NCBI GenBank assembly: GCA_965112735.1 | Contig: OZ218953.1 | Coordinates: 744,001 to 808,000 of the forward strand | Source: Phaeosaccion multiseriatum | Lineage: Eukaryota; Protista; Ochrophyta, other classes | Reading direction: 5' to 3' | Length of the DNA: 64,000 bases | In this document: piece by piece, positions 24,103 to 37,294 of the stretch | How the letters are laid out: each line of letters opens with the position of its first letter | How positions within the stretch are numbered: the first letter of the stretch is position 1 | Program-made: the position numbers and the translations under genes | Notes under the pieces: generated by a model | What the model was told of the DNA's origin: nothing | The model's input: only the letters and a program-made list of their open reading frames with translations | Databases searched by the model: none

Positions 24103-25615
24103 TCACACCCCCTCTCACCCCCCCTCAAACCCCCTCTCTCGGCACGCCATGCCACACACGCCACGCACCCACGCCCTGCTCCTTCACTTCCCTGCCCTTT
24201 CCCTTTCCTTTTGCAGCCACCACCAATAGGCTACGCTCCGGAGCACGAGCATTGGCTGGGCCCACTCCGAGCGCTGCTTCAGGCCAATCCGGCTGCCGGC
24301 GTGGGCGAGTGTGGCTTGGACAAGCTGAAGAAGAAGGAGGCGCCCATGGTAAAGCAGGAGGAGGTGCTGTATCATCATTTGGTGCTGGCGCTGGAGCTGC
24401 GACGCCCTGCGATCATCCACTGCGTCAAGGTGTGTGTGTATGTGTGTGTGTGTGCGTGTGCATGCGTGTGTGCGCGCGTGTGTGTGTTTTAGAAAAGAGG
24501 AGCAGAGGGCGATTTGTTGTTGTCTCTCTCTCTCCTCTCTCTCTCTCTTCAACTATGTACGTGCCTGTCTCTCTCTCTCTGTGCGTGTGGTGTGTGCCTC
24601 TCTATGACTCACCCACGCACGTCCCGTGGTCTCTGTTTGTGGCGTCTCTCCTTTGCTGGCTGGCGTCAGGCGCACGGTCGCCTCCTCTTCCTCCTCCAGA
24701 GGCTGTACGACGAGCTACCGCTGCTCCAGCGTATGTACGGGACGAGCGGCCCCCTTCCACTGCCTCAGGCCGAGGAGGACGAGGGCCGAGGCGAGGATGG
24801 GGGTGAAGATCGCAGCAGGGAGGGTGGAGGTGGAGGAAGCTTCGCCTATACGATACCCGCCGCCACATTCAATGGCCGCTCGAAGGAAAGCACCAAGCCC
24901 GTCAGGGGCGTGCTGCCCGTGCCTGTGGTGTTGCACGCCTTCAGAGGCCCCCCTGAGCTGGTACCCAACTTTGCGGCCCTGGGGTGCTACTTTTCCGTTA
25001 ACGGACGCAATCTCAATGCTGCCCAGGTCCTTGAAGTTCTCCGACTTACCGTTACTTACCGTTGCTTAAACTTACGTGTATGATGTCCATCTAGCCCGTC
25101 TGCCTCTGCCTCTTCTCTGCCCTGCTGTGCGCTGCTCTGCTCTGCTGTACTCTTCTGGTGTTGCCTGCTGCCCCTGCCCTTCTCTGCCCCGCACACTCCC
25201 GTGCCCTACCCCCCGGCCCTGTCTTGCCCTCACCCCTCCCGTGCTCCGACCCCCCCCCCTCCTTCGTCTCTGCCTCCTCCCTCCTCTTCCTCGCTTCCAG
25301 CTGGACCTCGTATGCCGCGTTATCCCCAAGGACCGCCTCCTTCTGGAAACAGACAGCCCTGATGGACTGCCTGAAGAGAGCGTGCTCGTTCACCTCCCGG
25401 CCTCTGCTTCTGTATCACCAACCACTACAGATGGGGCTGGCGCGGCTCGAGCCAACGAGCCTTCCTTCCTCGCTGCCACCGCGCGTTTCTTGGTCTCCAC
25501 CCCCGAGGGTAAAGCGCGTTTCGGCGATTATGAGGGACTTGCCCGACTGACCACAGCCAACGCCAACGCTGCCTTGTTTCGCTTTGAGGGCATGGACAGC
25601 AAAGCCACAGGCTAG
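23455..25615 (+). CDS. tatD: TatD-family metal-dependent nuclease moiety; C-terminal half of the apparent fusion
   Basis: LMDSHCHL, SYGIHPWW, VGECGLDK, IIHCVK|AHG, VVLHAF, GCYFS, IPKDRLLLETDSPD, NEPS and LTTANANAALF across about 5 exons. Confidence 0.9.
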
Positions 25616-26284
25616 GGGTAGTAGAAGGAGCTACCGCTGCTTTTACGGATATAGAAAGGAGAAGGAGAGCAGACGAGGCACTTGTCGGGTCCCTTCGTGG
25701 TCCTGCTGCCCTGCATGTACGGGCCGTACCGCGAGAGCAGTATCCACGTGACCGTGGCCAAGGGCAAGTCCTTCACGTGCAGGGTAGTAGTGAAGGACTC
25801 TGTTCGCGTGTTTGTGTTCACTCGGACGTTTCGCTCTCTCTCAAGTGGCACCTCACTGAATAACGGACCGATTCGGCGAGGGAAATGGACTGCGGCCGGC
25901 AGGGGAGAAGGAGGGACGGGAGCAACCCCTCCCCCCCGCATACACACGCACACACACACACACACACACACAATCACACACACACACACAGGGAGAGAGA
26001 GAGAGAGAGAATGGCGCTGCATCCCTTCGTGCACCTCGACTGACTGCCTACGGCCCCTTCGTCCAGCGATTGTCATTTACGTCATTCGCGCCAAGGGCCC
26101 GAATGGACACGCAGCACGTTCGGACCAACGCAGTGCTATCTGCCTCGCAAGCGCAGTCAGGCAAGAGCATTTTTATATTTATTTGTATGCATATATATAT
26201 ATATATGTATATGTATACATATAAAATATGATCCTTTTTCCTTTTACTTCTTACTTTTTACTACTACTACTACTTGAGATGGCT

Positions 26285-27041
26285 TTACTCCACGGGCTCC
26301 CCGTACTTCTCCTCCTGCCATTGGTGGTACAAAGAGCGGGCAACAGAGAGCACATAACGGTCATATGTCAGAGTGTACGAGTACACAATTGAAATAAGAG
26401 TGCACAATTGAAATAAGAGTGCCTACTCACGCTTGCTGAATTGCGTGTGTGCGTGTGCGTGTGCGTGTGTGCGTATGTGTGTGTGTGCGTGTGTGTATGT
26501 GTGTGTGCGTGTGTGTATGTGTGTGTGTGTGCGTGTTATGTATGTGTGTGTGCGTGTGTGCATGTGCGGGTGTGTATGTGTGTGTGCGTGTGTGTATGTG
26601 TGTGTGTGCGTTTGTGTGTGTATGTGTGTGTGTGCGTGCGTGCGCGGGGGTGTGTTTGTACGTCGTCGCTTAGTTCCGCCTTTACTTACGAGCTGTCGGA
26701 ACATGTCGTCCAGGCGGTCTGCGAAGGCCACGAGGAGAGCCTCCACCTCCGTAGTCTGTGGGCAGAGGCACACGGACACACAGAGGATGGAAATGGAGGC
26801 ATATGGACAGACACCAGAGATTTAGAGGCGTGCGGACACGGCAGGACACGATGCACGACACGACAGCAGCTGGACGACTGAGGAGGCCACAACATGATCA
26901 GAGCAGAAGCACTGAGTCACCACAAACCAACGCTTGAAGAAGCTTGAAGAAGCCCAGTCACTCATTCCAGTACCGTAAACCCCGGCCGGACATGAAACGC
27001 ACACAAGAAAGGGATGTGATGCACCACACTGCCCGTCTGCC

Positions 27042-27086
<45 letters not shown>

Positions 27087-27843
27087 GCCTGTCTGCCTGT
27101 CTGCCTGTCTGCCTGTCTGCCTGTCTGCCTGTCTGCCTTTCTGCCTGTCTGCCTGTCTGCCTGTCTGCCTGTCTGCCTGTCTACCTGTCTGCCTGTCTGC
27201 CTGTCTGCCCGTCTGCCCGTCTGCCTGTCTGCCTGTCCCCCACAGAGCGAGGCTGTGACCATACGCAATGACCAACGCAGCTGGCGTACACGACTGACCT
27301 TGGAGGGGTTGTGTTGAGCATAGAAGGCGGTGAGGCGCTGCCTAGCGAGCTCCACCTCCTCCTTCTCCCCGTCAAATGTGTCAGGCTTCTCCCACACGCT
27401 GTCGCGGGTGTGGGTGCGTGCGGGGCGTGCGGGCGTGCGCGGTTTGCGTGAGTTTGCGTTTCCATTTGGAGGGAGAAAAGAGAGAGGAATGAGTACGTAA
27501 GAGATGATGTGATGTAGTGTGAGTACCCGGAGGTGAGCCCTCCCCCCCTCGCCCCCCCGGGTAGTGCAAGAAGAGAGAGAAGTCCATGTGCTGATGATGC
27601 TGCTCTCGCGCGCAACCGCCCACGTACTCACGCGCATACGTAGCCGCTTACGTACGCACGTACGTACCTGTTCCCCGTGGCCCTGTCGTAGAAGTAGACT
27701 TTGCCGGTGTCCATTTCGATCTGCTTGATCCAGCGCGTGCCGAATTGGGACACGGCCGCTGAGATTTGCTCCCAGCTGGCCTGACTTGGGCGACGGAACC
27801 TTTTGGCGAGCCCCCCCCCCCAACACACACAAGGAGAGAGAAG

Positions 27844-27880
<37 letters not shown>

Positions 27881-30800
27881 GGAGGGAGGGAGGGGGAGAG
27901 AGGAGGGAGAGGGAGGAGAAAGAGAAAAGTAAGCGGCAGGAGCGATACAGCAGCGAATGGAAGGGAAGGGAAGGGAAGGGAAGGGTGTGAGGCACTGCTG
28001 ACTGAGCAGAGAGTGGGACAGGGACCCCCTCCCTAGCGATTGGAGCAGACGAAAGGACCCTCTCTCCCTAGCGATTGCAGCAGACAAAGGACCCAGGTAG
28101 AGCGTGAGATGGATGCTCTCACTCCAGGGCAGTGCCGTGACAGCAATTGGTGGCACGCAAGGCTGTTCGAGCTCCGGTGTGACTCTATTCTCTTCGCTCT
28201 GCTTCTCTTCTCTCTTCTCGCACCTTCGGATGTACGCGGCGAGAGAATCGTTCCCTGCTTCATGCGCCAGATCCGCGGGGGTGAAGCCTGCAGCGTTCTT
28301 GACGTCGGCCGACTGAGAGAGGAGATAGGATCAGCACGTCAAGGAGCGCAATCAGCGAGAGGGAGAGGGACAAGGAGAGAGGGCGAGTGACAAGCTGTCC
28401 CAGCCGAAAGGGGGTGAGGCGGCACACTGTCAGTCGGGATGGGTGTTGTGGGACCGCACGCCTCACCACACGTACACACACGCATGCACACACACACACA
28501 CGCACGCACGCGCACATACACACACGCACACACACATACTCACACGCACACATGCACGCACACATACATACACACATATGTAACATATGCATACATACAT
28601 ACATACATACATACATACAAACATACAAACATACAAACATACAAACATACAAACATACATACACACATACATACATACATACATACATACATACATACAT
28701 ACATACATACATGCATACATACAAACATACACACCTTGAAGTAGTGCAGCAGGACGGTTACGACAGGGCTCCGTCCCCGGAGTGCTGCAGCGTGGAGAGC
28801 TGAGAGAGGCAGAAGAGAGATCGAAGAGTGAGCGGAGAGGAAGGCAGATCGACGTAGAGCGAGAGAGGCCCGGACAGAGTGAGACACAGCGAGGCACAGA
28901 GGCCCGGCGAAGAGCGGGGCAAGAGGGAGAAGACTGGGAACTTGGAGAGAGGTAGGAGCGGAAGGTCCAGAGACGAGTGAGGTAGGCAGCGGAAGGTCCA
29001 GAGAGTGAGACACGGTGAGACAGGAGAGCAAGTGAGGGAGATGGCATCATCCACACACGTCACGCGCGCTTCTTCTGTCAGAGGAATCGGACCGACGGCA
29101 ATCCCGCTATTCGCTCCTTTGTTGAGCATTTACGGGCTGGAGGGTAGGTACCTTGAAGCACCTATTGACACTCTTTCCTTTCACTTCCTTTCCCTTCCTT
29201 TCATTCCCTTTCCTTTCCTTTCCTTTTCCTTCCCTCCCCAGCCGTACACGTTCAAGCACTGCACCTGTGTCGCCATTGATGTCACTGCTGGTGATCCCCT
29301 CGGGGAAGTAGTGATGTGCAAGCTCCAGAAGGAACTCCACACAGGACAGATGCTCTCCGAGGGCGGCCGTGAAGAGGGGCCTGTGCCAGGCAAGTGTCAG
29401 TATGCACGAACAAAGGGGAGGGAGGGAGGGAGGAAGGAAGGAAGGAAGGAAGGAAGGAAGGAAGGAACGGAGGAAGGAAGGAAGGAAGGAAGGAAGGAAG
29501 AAGGACGCTTACGTGAGCCTCAGGCATGGCATGTCGAGAGTGCAGCACTGGCTCTAACTGACTCTAACTGGCTCTGTAGCCCCGTAGCTCGCCCCCCTTT
29601 CTACTGAGAATGCTCTCCCTCCCTCTCCCTGCCCCGTCCTTTCCCACACCCCCCTCCCCCCCCACCCTTTCTCCCTCTCCCTCTCCCTCTCTACCGTTCG
29701 TCTCTCTCACTCACGTCCGCAGGGTTGGTTGTGATGCTTCAAACACGTTGGCACCATTCTCGTAAAGTACGCGAAGGACGGGCCTGGTCGAGGCCAAGTG
29801 GGCGGGTGTGTAGCCTGATGGCAGTGAATGGTAGAGGGTGGTAGTGGATGGTAGTGGATGGCAGTCGATGGCAGTGGATGGCAGTGAGTGCGTGGGAAAT
29901 ACCCCGCGCGGGGGGGGGGGGGGGGTTGTTGCAGGCAGACAGCGGCAGCAACCAGAGCTTTTAGGCTCTACCTTGTCTCTCGAGGTCGATACTAATGTGT
30001 TTCACTGACTTTCTCTCTGACTGACTGACTGACTGACTGATTGAATGACCGACACCAGGTAGTGCCTGAGGCAAGCTTGACGTCTTACCTTTGTGGTTGG
30101 TGGCGTGGATGACGTCCCAGCTCCACGCTGCTTCACAGATGGCGGCTACACAGTCCGCCCGCCCCGCTTGGGCAGCTGCATGCAGGGCCTGAGCAAAGAT
30201 GAGAGAGAGAGAGAGAGAGAGAGGGAGCGGTCAAGAGAGAGAGAGCAGTGAGGGAGAAAAAGAGAGGATCCAAGGAGTGATAGAGTGAAGGTACAAAGAG
30301 AAAAAGCAGGGAGGTGAGAGGAGATGAGAGGGGCGAAGACAGACAAAGCGGGCCAGCACGAGAGGCAAGGGGAGGTGCCACATGTGCCTGTCTGTGACAT
30401 CTGGCTACTGCTGTGACACCAAGCACGGCTGCTATATCACCAACAGCCCTCCTCGCTCGGGTACCTACAGACTAAAGATAGGTACAGAACTATACTACTG
30501 ACCGTATTTCCCTCTTCGTCGGCCCATGCAATGTAATCGGCCTCCATTTCGCGAAGACTGAGTGCCACACAATCCATTCTACCCGCCTCAGCGTGGCAGT
30601 ACAGAGGCATACGGGCATGGACGTCGATGCAGTGTAGACACGTAGGCTCGGCCTCAATGAGGAGGGAGAGGACTGACGCGTCTGCGGCAATGTGTGCGGG
30701 GGTCATGCCCAGAGCGTTGGAGCGGTTCACTTCGCACTCTGCATCTAGGAGGAAGGACAGCAGCTCGGAGCTGAGGAGGAGGAGGGTGGCGGGGGCAGTG

Positions 30801-30942
30801 GAGGAGAAGGAGTTACACCCAGGGTTGGGGGGTTGACGTGACTAGAAAGCGCCCAGCTGGGTGGGTGAGAGCCTGGTCACAGCGGCGGCGATAGACGGTG
30901 ACCCCGGCTATGAAGGTCGTGTGAAAGCCGGTTAGCGGAGGT

Positions 30943-30991
<49 letters not shown>

Positions 30992-33900
30992 TGTGGGTGT
31001 GTGTGCGTGTGTATGTGTGTGCTTGTGTATGTGTGTGTATTTGTGCGTATTTGTGCGCGTGTGTGTGCGCGCGTGGCACATGTGTGTGCATATGTGTGTG
31101 CGAATCCGGGCGCGTGGAGCTCACTCACCTTCCCTTGGCGGCCGCGACGTGTGTGACTGTATCGCCATTGATGTCCCCCACCGACAACCACTCGAATCCT
31201 CCGCTGCTCACAAGGAGGGCCGTGCATGACAGCTGGAGACCGAACACACTGAGGGAGGCGCGAAGGAGGGAAGAGGGGAGGGTTTGAAGGGGCGAAGGGG
31301 GGAGGGCGAAGGGAGGAGGGAGAGGTAAAGGAAGCACGCTCCGGAAGTCACTGAATCAAAGTCTCACACGTGGCGCACCTGTAGAACAGCGGTGTGCGCA
31401 TCTTATCATCCGTAGCGAAGACGTCAAAGTGAAGACTCAAGTACTCGAGCACCTGAGAGGATGGGATGGCAGTGGATGGCAGTGGATGGCAGTGGATGGG
31501 ATGTGGATAGGTGTTTGGTGCACAGCAGTCGGACAGGACAAGGGAGGGTAGAGCAAGAAAAGAACAGATCGATGTGTCGGAGAGGCGAGGGGGGGCGGGG
31601 CGGAGCGGGAGGAGCAAATTGAGGGCTCGAACGGAATGGAGTACAGTGCGAGTAGGGTGCCATCGGGCGTAGGAGGAAGAGAGGGGTGCGTTTGTTTGTC
31701 TATGTGTGCTTGGTTGTGTGTGTGTGAGAAAGAAAGAGAGAGAACGAGGGAGGGAGTGGGGTGAAACGACACTGCAACTTCAAAAAACTGAAACTCACGA
31801 ACCGCATGCAGACGACCCACACACTGAAACTGTGAGAGAGCCACACCTACCTCGTAGTGGCCCATAACGGCCGCCGCGTGTGCCCAAGTAGCGTAGGTGG
31901 AGTTGACACACTCCGCCCATCCCGGCAGCTCGATGTCGGGGTCGAATACATCCGCAACACCTCGCATGACTGCTTCTCCCTCTCCCTCTCCCTCTCCCTC
32001 TCCCTCTCCCTCTCCCTCTCCCTCTCCCTCGCCCACATCACTGCTGTTGATATTGCTGCTTCTTGTTCCCTCGTCTCTTCGCACTGCCTTACTACCGGTA
32101 GCAAGGCACAATGCCTCCTCCCCGCAGTCCTCCTGCTTCTTCTCGCTCTTCTTCTTCTCCTCCTCCTCGTCCCCCTTCTCCTCCACCCCCTCCTTCTCCT
32201 CCCCCCCCGCTCCCTCCTCTCTCTCCCCCTCCTGACTATTCTCGAGGCCGTTGTCGTTCTCCACCTTGATGAGAGCCTGAATGACTGACATGGTGTCCAG
32301 GCTCGCAGGGTCGTCACCCACATCTTCCTCCTCCCTCTCCGCCGCTGCCGTATCACCAACTGCCACACTGCCCTCCGAGGTCCTATGCTTGCTGCTGGAC
32401 ATCCTACTCTTACTCTCTCGCCTACTCCCCAGTGCCTCCTCCACTCCTCCCCCGCTCTCCCGACGCTTTCCCCCGCCGCTGCTGCTGCTCTTCCTCCTTC
32501 TCTCTGGCGATGTTTTGCTGCTTCTCCTCCTCGCCGCGTTGGCGTCCTTGTCGTTCTCTTTGTCGCTCTCCCTCTTGCTTCTGCTTCCCCTCCGACTGTT
32601 GCTGCTGCCCCCTCCACCCTCCATGCTGTTTACACTGCTCTTTCTCCTCACGCTCTTCTTCCTCTCTACCGACACAGACCCATTTCGGCTCACCGAAGCC
32701 CCTCCCATCGAGTTCGATGCCGCCGCCGCCGCCGCCGCAGCAGCAGCAGCAGAAGCTGAGCTCTTTCTCTTCTTCAGTGGCGCCTTGCCCATCCCAGGCT
32801 CTGAGCTGCTGCCATTCGTCGGGCGCAGGGCGGTCGCACTCGCGCTTTGCTTCCGTTTGGTAACCGACCCCCGCCCAGTAAGAGGAGGAGGCCCCTCTTC
32901 TTCTTGCCGTCTCGACGCGCTTCCCACACGCCGCAACAGAGGAGGAGCCGAAGCATCGCCGCCGCTGCCTGTATGATTGCTGATGCCCTTGCTGCTCCGA
33001 CGGCGGCCCTTGGAGGGCGAAGCAGACCGAGACCCTGACCGCGACCGGGTCCCTGGCCGTGTACCTGCGGCCTTCGCATCCGTCTCAAATGGCAGAGACA
33101 GCGTACCTCCAACCCTCTGGCCGATGTCCGCACCTAGACTTGTGCTGGAGGCAGGAATGGCGGAAGACCATGGGGGGTTGGAAGGGCTCCTCGTGTCGCT
33201 TGCGACTGGGCCGTTGCTTAGGATTGGGCTTGTCGTAGTGCCGCTGCTGCGTCGCCGCAAGGAGGACGACGAGGATGAAGACAACCTCCTGGACGACTTC
33301 CTCCTTAGCTTGGAGGGGGAGGAGGTGGTGGGACCCTTTGAGGCACTACCGTTGACGTTGACGTTGTGGTTGCTCGCGCCGTCGTCGTCGTCGTCTTTGT
33401 TGTTGCTGTTGTTGTTGTTGTTGTTGTTGCTGTCTCCGCCAGCAGACGCGGATATCGCACCAGAGCCGAGGCCGTTGTGATCGTCTCTCTGAGGCTCCTT
33501 GGGGTACAGAATGTCCAGGCTTACACCCGCAGACACAGACTGCTTGCTGCCCCTCCGCGCCCCACCTTCTCGTCCATCACCACCACCACTGCCACCACTC
33601 CCTCTCCTCTTCTTGCTGCTACCAACGCTCTTCTTCCTCTTCTTCGTGGCAGCGAGGTGTGTTGAGGATGCGACCTTATCCTCCCCCCTCCCCTCCTCCT
33701 CCTCCTCCTCCTCCTCCTCCATAAGACCTTTCCCCTCACCGCCCCCGTCTTCTCTCTCTTGCAGCTGCTTCTCCCTCTTCACCACCATCCTGAGCAACCT
33801 CTCCAGTGCCTCCTTCTGCGGCAACCAGATCGCTGCCAAGGTCGCAGCGTCGCCATTTGTGCTGCTGCTGCTGCGTCTCTTGTTGGCGTGCGAGTTGGTG

Positions 33901-35493
33901 CTTCGGCTGGCACGTCTCCGAGCCGTGACGGAACTCCTCCTTCGCTTCACCAGAGCCTTTAATGGGCAAGAGGTGTGTGCAGGCACACACACACACACAC
34001 ACACACACACGTACGAAGGGGAGGAGGGAGAGGAGATTGGAGGAGAGGGGGAGGGGGAGAGAGGGCGGGTCAGTGAGGTGAGCGGGGAAGCGGACGATTG
34101 CAGCGAGACAAAGAGTGAATGAGACGAGAAAAGAGAATGGGCAAAAAGCCTTAACCAAGTTATCCCATGGCGAGAGCTCTCCACTTCACTCTCGTGGACT
34201 GAAACGCCAAATCGGCACTTAAATGGTTTTGGGTAAACGCAAAAGGTGCACGTGCTGAGTCAAGCGCCAAGTGCCCACCCTGTCTACAACTCCGTCCACT
34301 CTTATCAACTCTCTCCAACTCTGATGCTGACGCGCAGAGAGAGGCGGCTCTGCAAAGACAGATGTGCATAATATCAACGCGCTCCTCCTCCCTCCTCACC
34401 TTCTGTCCATGGAGGTCATTCCACTCGTCGATGTTGTCCTCGATCCTCCTCTTGGCCTTGGCTATCCTGCGCAGCTGCCCCGCAACCATGGACTCGGTCG
34501 GCGCATCAGAAAAGGGCTCCCCTCCCGGGGGCGCTACGGCATCCACCATTGCCTGACAGTCCTTCTCCAGGGTCTGGCCGAGCTCGGTCAGCTGCGGCGA
34601 CCAGTCCGGGAACGGTGCGTGTGTGTTGTGTGTGTTGGGGGGATGAGGTGTGTGGAGGGCAGAGAGGAAGAGCGGTCGGGGTCAAAGGAGGAGGGGACGA
34701 GGGGGAGGGGGTGAGGCGGTGGGTGAATGGTGAGGAAGGGGGCGGGTGACACAGTTTGTCCTGGGAGGGACGGAGGGCAGCACTTTGTCGTGTCGTGTGC
34801 TGGAGCAACCACCACCTCCCTCGCTTGGCGTTTCTCCCTTTTCCTCAACAGCGAGTGGTATGAAATGAATACCACCGAAAACCCGGGAGCGGGGTGGGAA
34901 GGACAGGGCCAAGATTACTATCATTCTCCCCTCCCCTCCCCTCCCCCGCCCATTTACCCTCCTTCTTGCTTAAGCCTGGGCTGTGGCTCGGTCTCACCTC
35001 GGCCCTCAGTGCCTCAAGGTCCGACTCCGCTTGAGCGACTTGGTCCATCACCTGACCACAGCACAGCAAAGGGTAGCAAAGGGCAGCAGAGCGAGAGAGA
35101 GGGTATAGAGATTGCAGACAGCGGCGGGTGGATGAAGTCCTGTATGGTCTCGTCAAAGCCTCGCGCGAAGGCAAAACTATGCCCCCCTCGATGTTCTTCC
35201 GTCTCACCCGCTGCCTCACGCACTGCCTGACAAACAGTCCTGACACCCACCTCTTGGCCTTCTGCCCCAACTGGTTGGGAAGCGTCTTGCTCCTGCTCAC
35301 GTCCTGCGAGGAACTCCGCTCTGACATGGATAGGTAGATAGGAAGGCAACCGTACCAACAGAGGGAGAGAGGCAGACAGACAGTGTGGAATCAGGCCTTG
35401 AAGTAATCAGGGCGGGCCAGGAAGGAGGCCATGTGGTGACGCAATCGCTGCTCGAGGGGCAGAAGAAAAACAAGGATGATGATGATCATGATA

Positions 35494-35572
<79 letters not shown>

Positions 35573-37244
35573 GGAGGAGGAGGAGGAGGAGGAGGAGGAG
35601 GAGGAGGAGGAGGAGGAGGAGGAGGAGGAGGAGCCATCCGCTACAGGAACTCACCGCTCAACTTCCAGCCTCCTCCCCATCCACCGTCCCACCCACACCC
35701 ACACCCACAACTACACAAATACTAACCTCTCCTCCAGCAGCGCTGCTCTAGCGTCCAAGATGTGTAACTGCCGTAACCGATCCTCTAGTCCCCCAGCTGA
35801 TGTATCACCAGCTGCTTCTGTATCACCAACTGGGGCTGTTGCAGGAGATAGGACAGCTTGAGTAGAAGCGTCAGCAGCATCATCAGCACCAGCAGTTGGT
35901 GATACATCATCAGTTGGTGATGCAGCTGCAGCTGGTGGTACAACAGCACCAGTAGCATTTTCAGCCTCTTCTTCTTTTGGGAACTGCCTCGTGGTCCCTC
36001 CATGGGGCAGGACGTGGTTTAAGCTCCTCAGGCTCGCTCGAAGCTGTCTCTTCTCCACCATTACCTCACGCAGCCTACTCTTGATGGCCTGTGTGTGTGT
36101 GTGAGAGAGAGAGGGGGAGAGGGCGCGTTTGTGTCCAGCGATTGGAACCGTTTCGGCAGATACAGAGTAGCTACAGGTGATCCATACAGGGGTCCATCCC
36201 AGGCCACGTTTCCCCAGCCCCACCCGATCAGTGATCCGACTCACTCACTCACTCACGCACTCAGTCAGTCAACCACCCACTCACTCACTCACTCACTCAC
36301 TCTCTCACACCCTCACTCACACTCACTCACTCACTCTCTCACTCACTCACTCACTCACTCACTCACTCACTCACTCACTCACTTACTCACTCACACTCAC
36401 TCACTCACTCACTCACTCACTCACTCACGCTCTCACTCTCACTTACACTCACTCACGCACTCACCCCGAGGTCATTCATGTGAGCGATTGCGCTCCTCTC
36501 CTCCGGTGAGATGCCTTCACTAGCAGCCGCAGTAGCAGAGGCCAAAGCACCCTCAGAGGAAGGATCGGCCTGGGCAGTCTTGTCGTCATCCCCTCCACCT
36601 CCACTTCCTCCTCCACCTCGTCCCAACGCATGTCCGGGTGCGGTCGCCTCCGACGCCGCTGCACAAGCCGCTGACATGTCCTTCGCATTCGCGTCCACCG
36701 CTGTTGCTTGAAGAAGCCCCGCTCCGCTCTTCTTCCTGGCTGCTGCTGCTGCCATTCTGGCCTTGCTCTCCTTGTCTTTGACTGCCATCTGCAGGCGCTT
36801 CTCTCTCTTCTGTTGTTGTAATCGTTTTCGCTGCTGCTGCTCTGCGATGAGCTTAGCCTTCTCCTCCATGCGCATCTTTGTGTTGTCAATTGGGACGGAC
36901 GGACGGAGGGAGGGAGGGAAGGAGGGAAGGAGGGAGGTTGAAAGAGGGACACAGAAATTAGCCACGTGAGACTTCGGAGCGGGGCCTCACTGACGTGCGT
37001 ACGTACTCACACGTACTCATGCGCACCCGAACGTGTCGACGTCGATAAGTTCGACATTGATCCTATACATTTAAATCGGAACTACTCCCCCGTATCCTTA
37101 CGTACGTAGGCACATACCTGCCTCTCCAGCTTGGCCTGCTCGGCCTGCGCCTTCCTCCTGCTCTCCTCCTGCAGCGCTGCCTGCCTCTCATGCTCCTGCA
37201 TCTGCTGCGCCAGCGCACGCATTTCGGCCACCTCATCTCTGTCG

Positions 37245-37294
<50 letters not shown>

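Noticed and set aside
25613-25625. Stop-codon readthrough from TatD into the in-frame ORF at 25682
   Set aside because: TAG is followed by further in-frame TAG codons.
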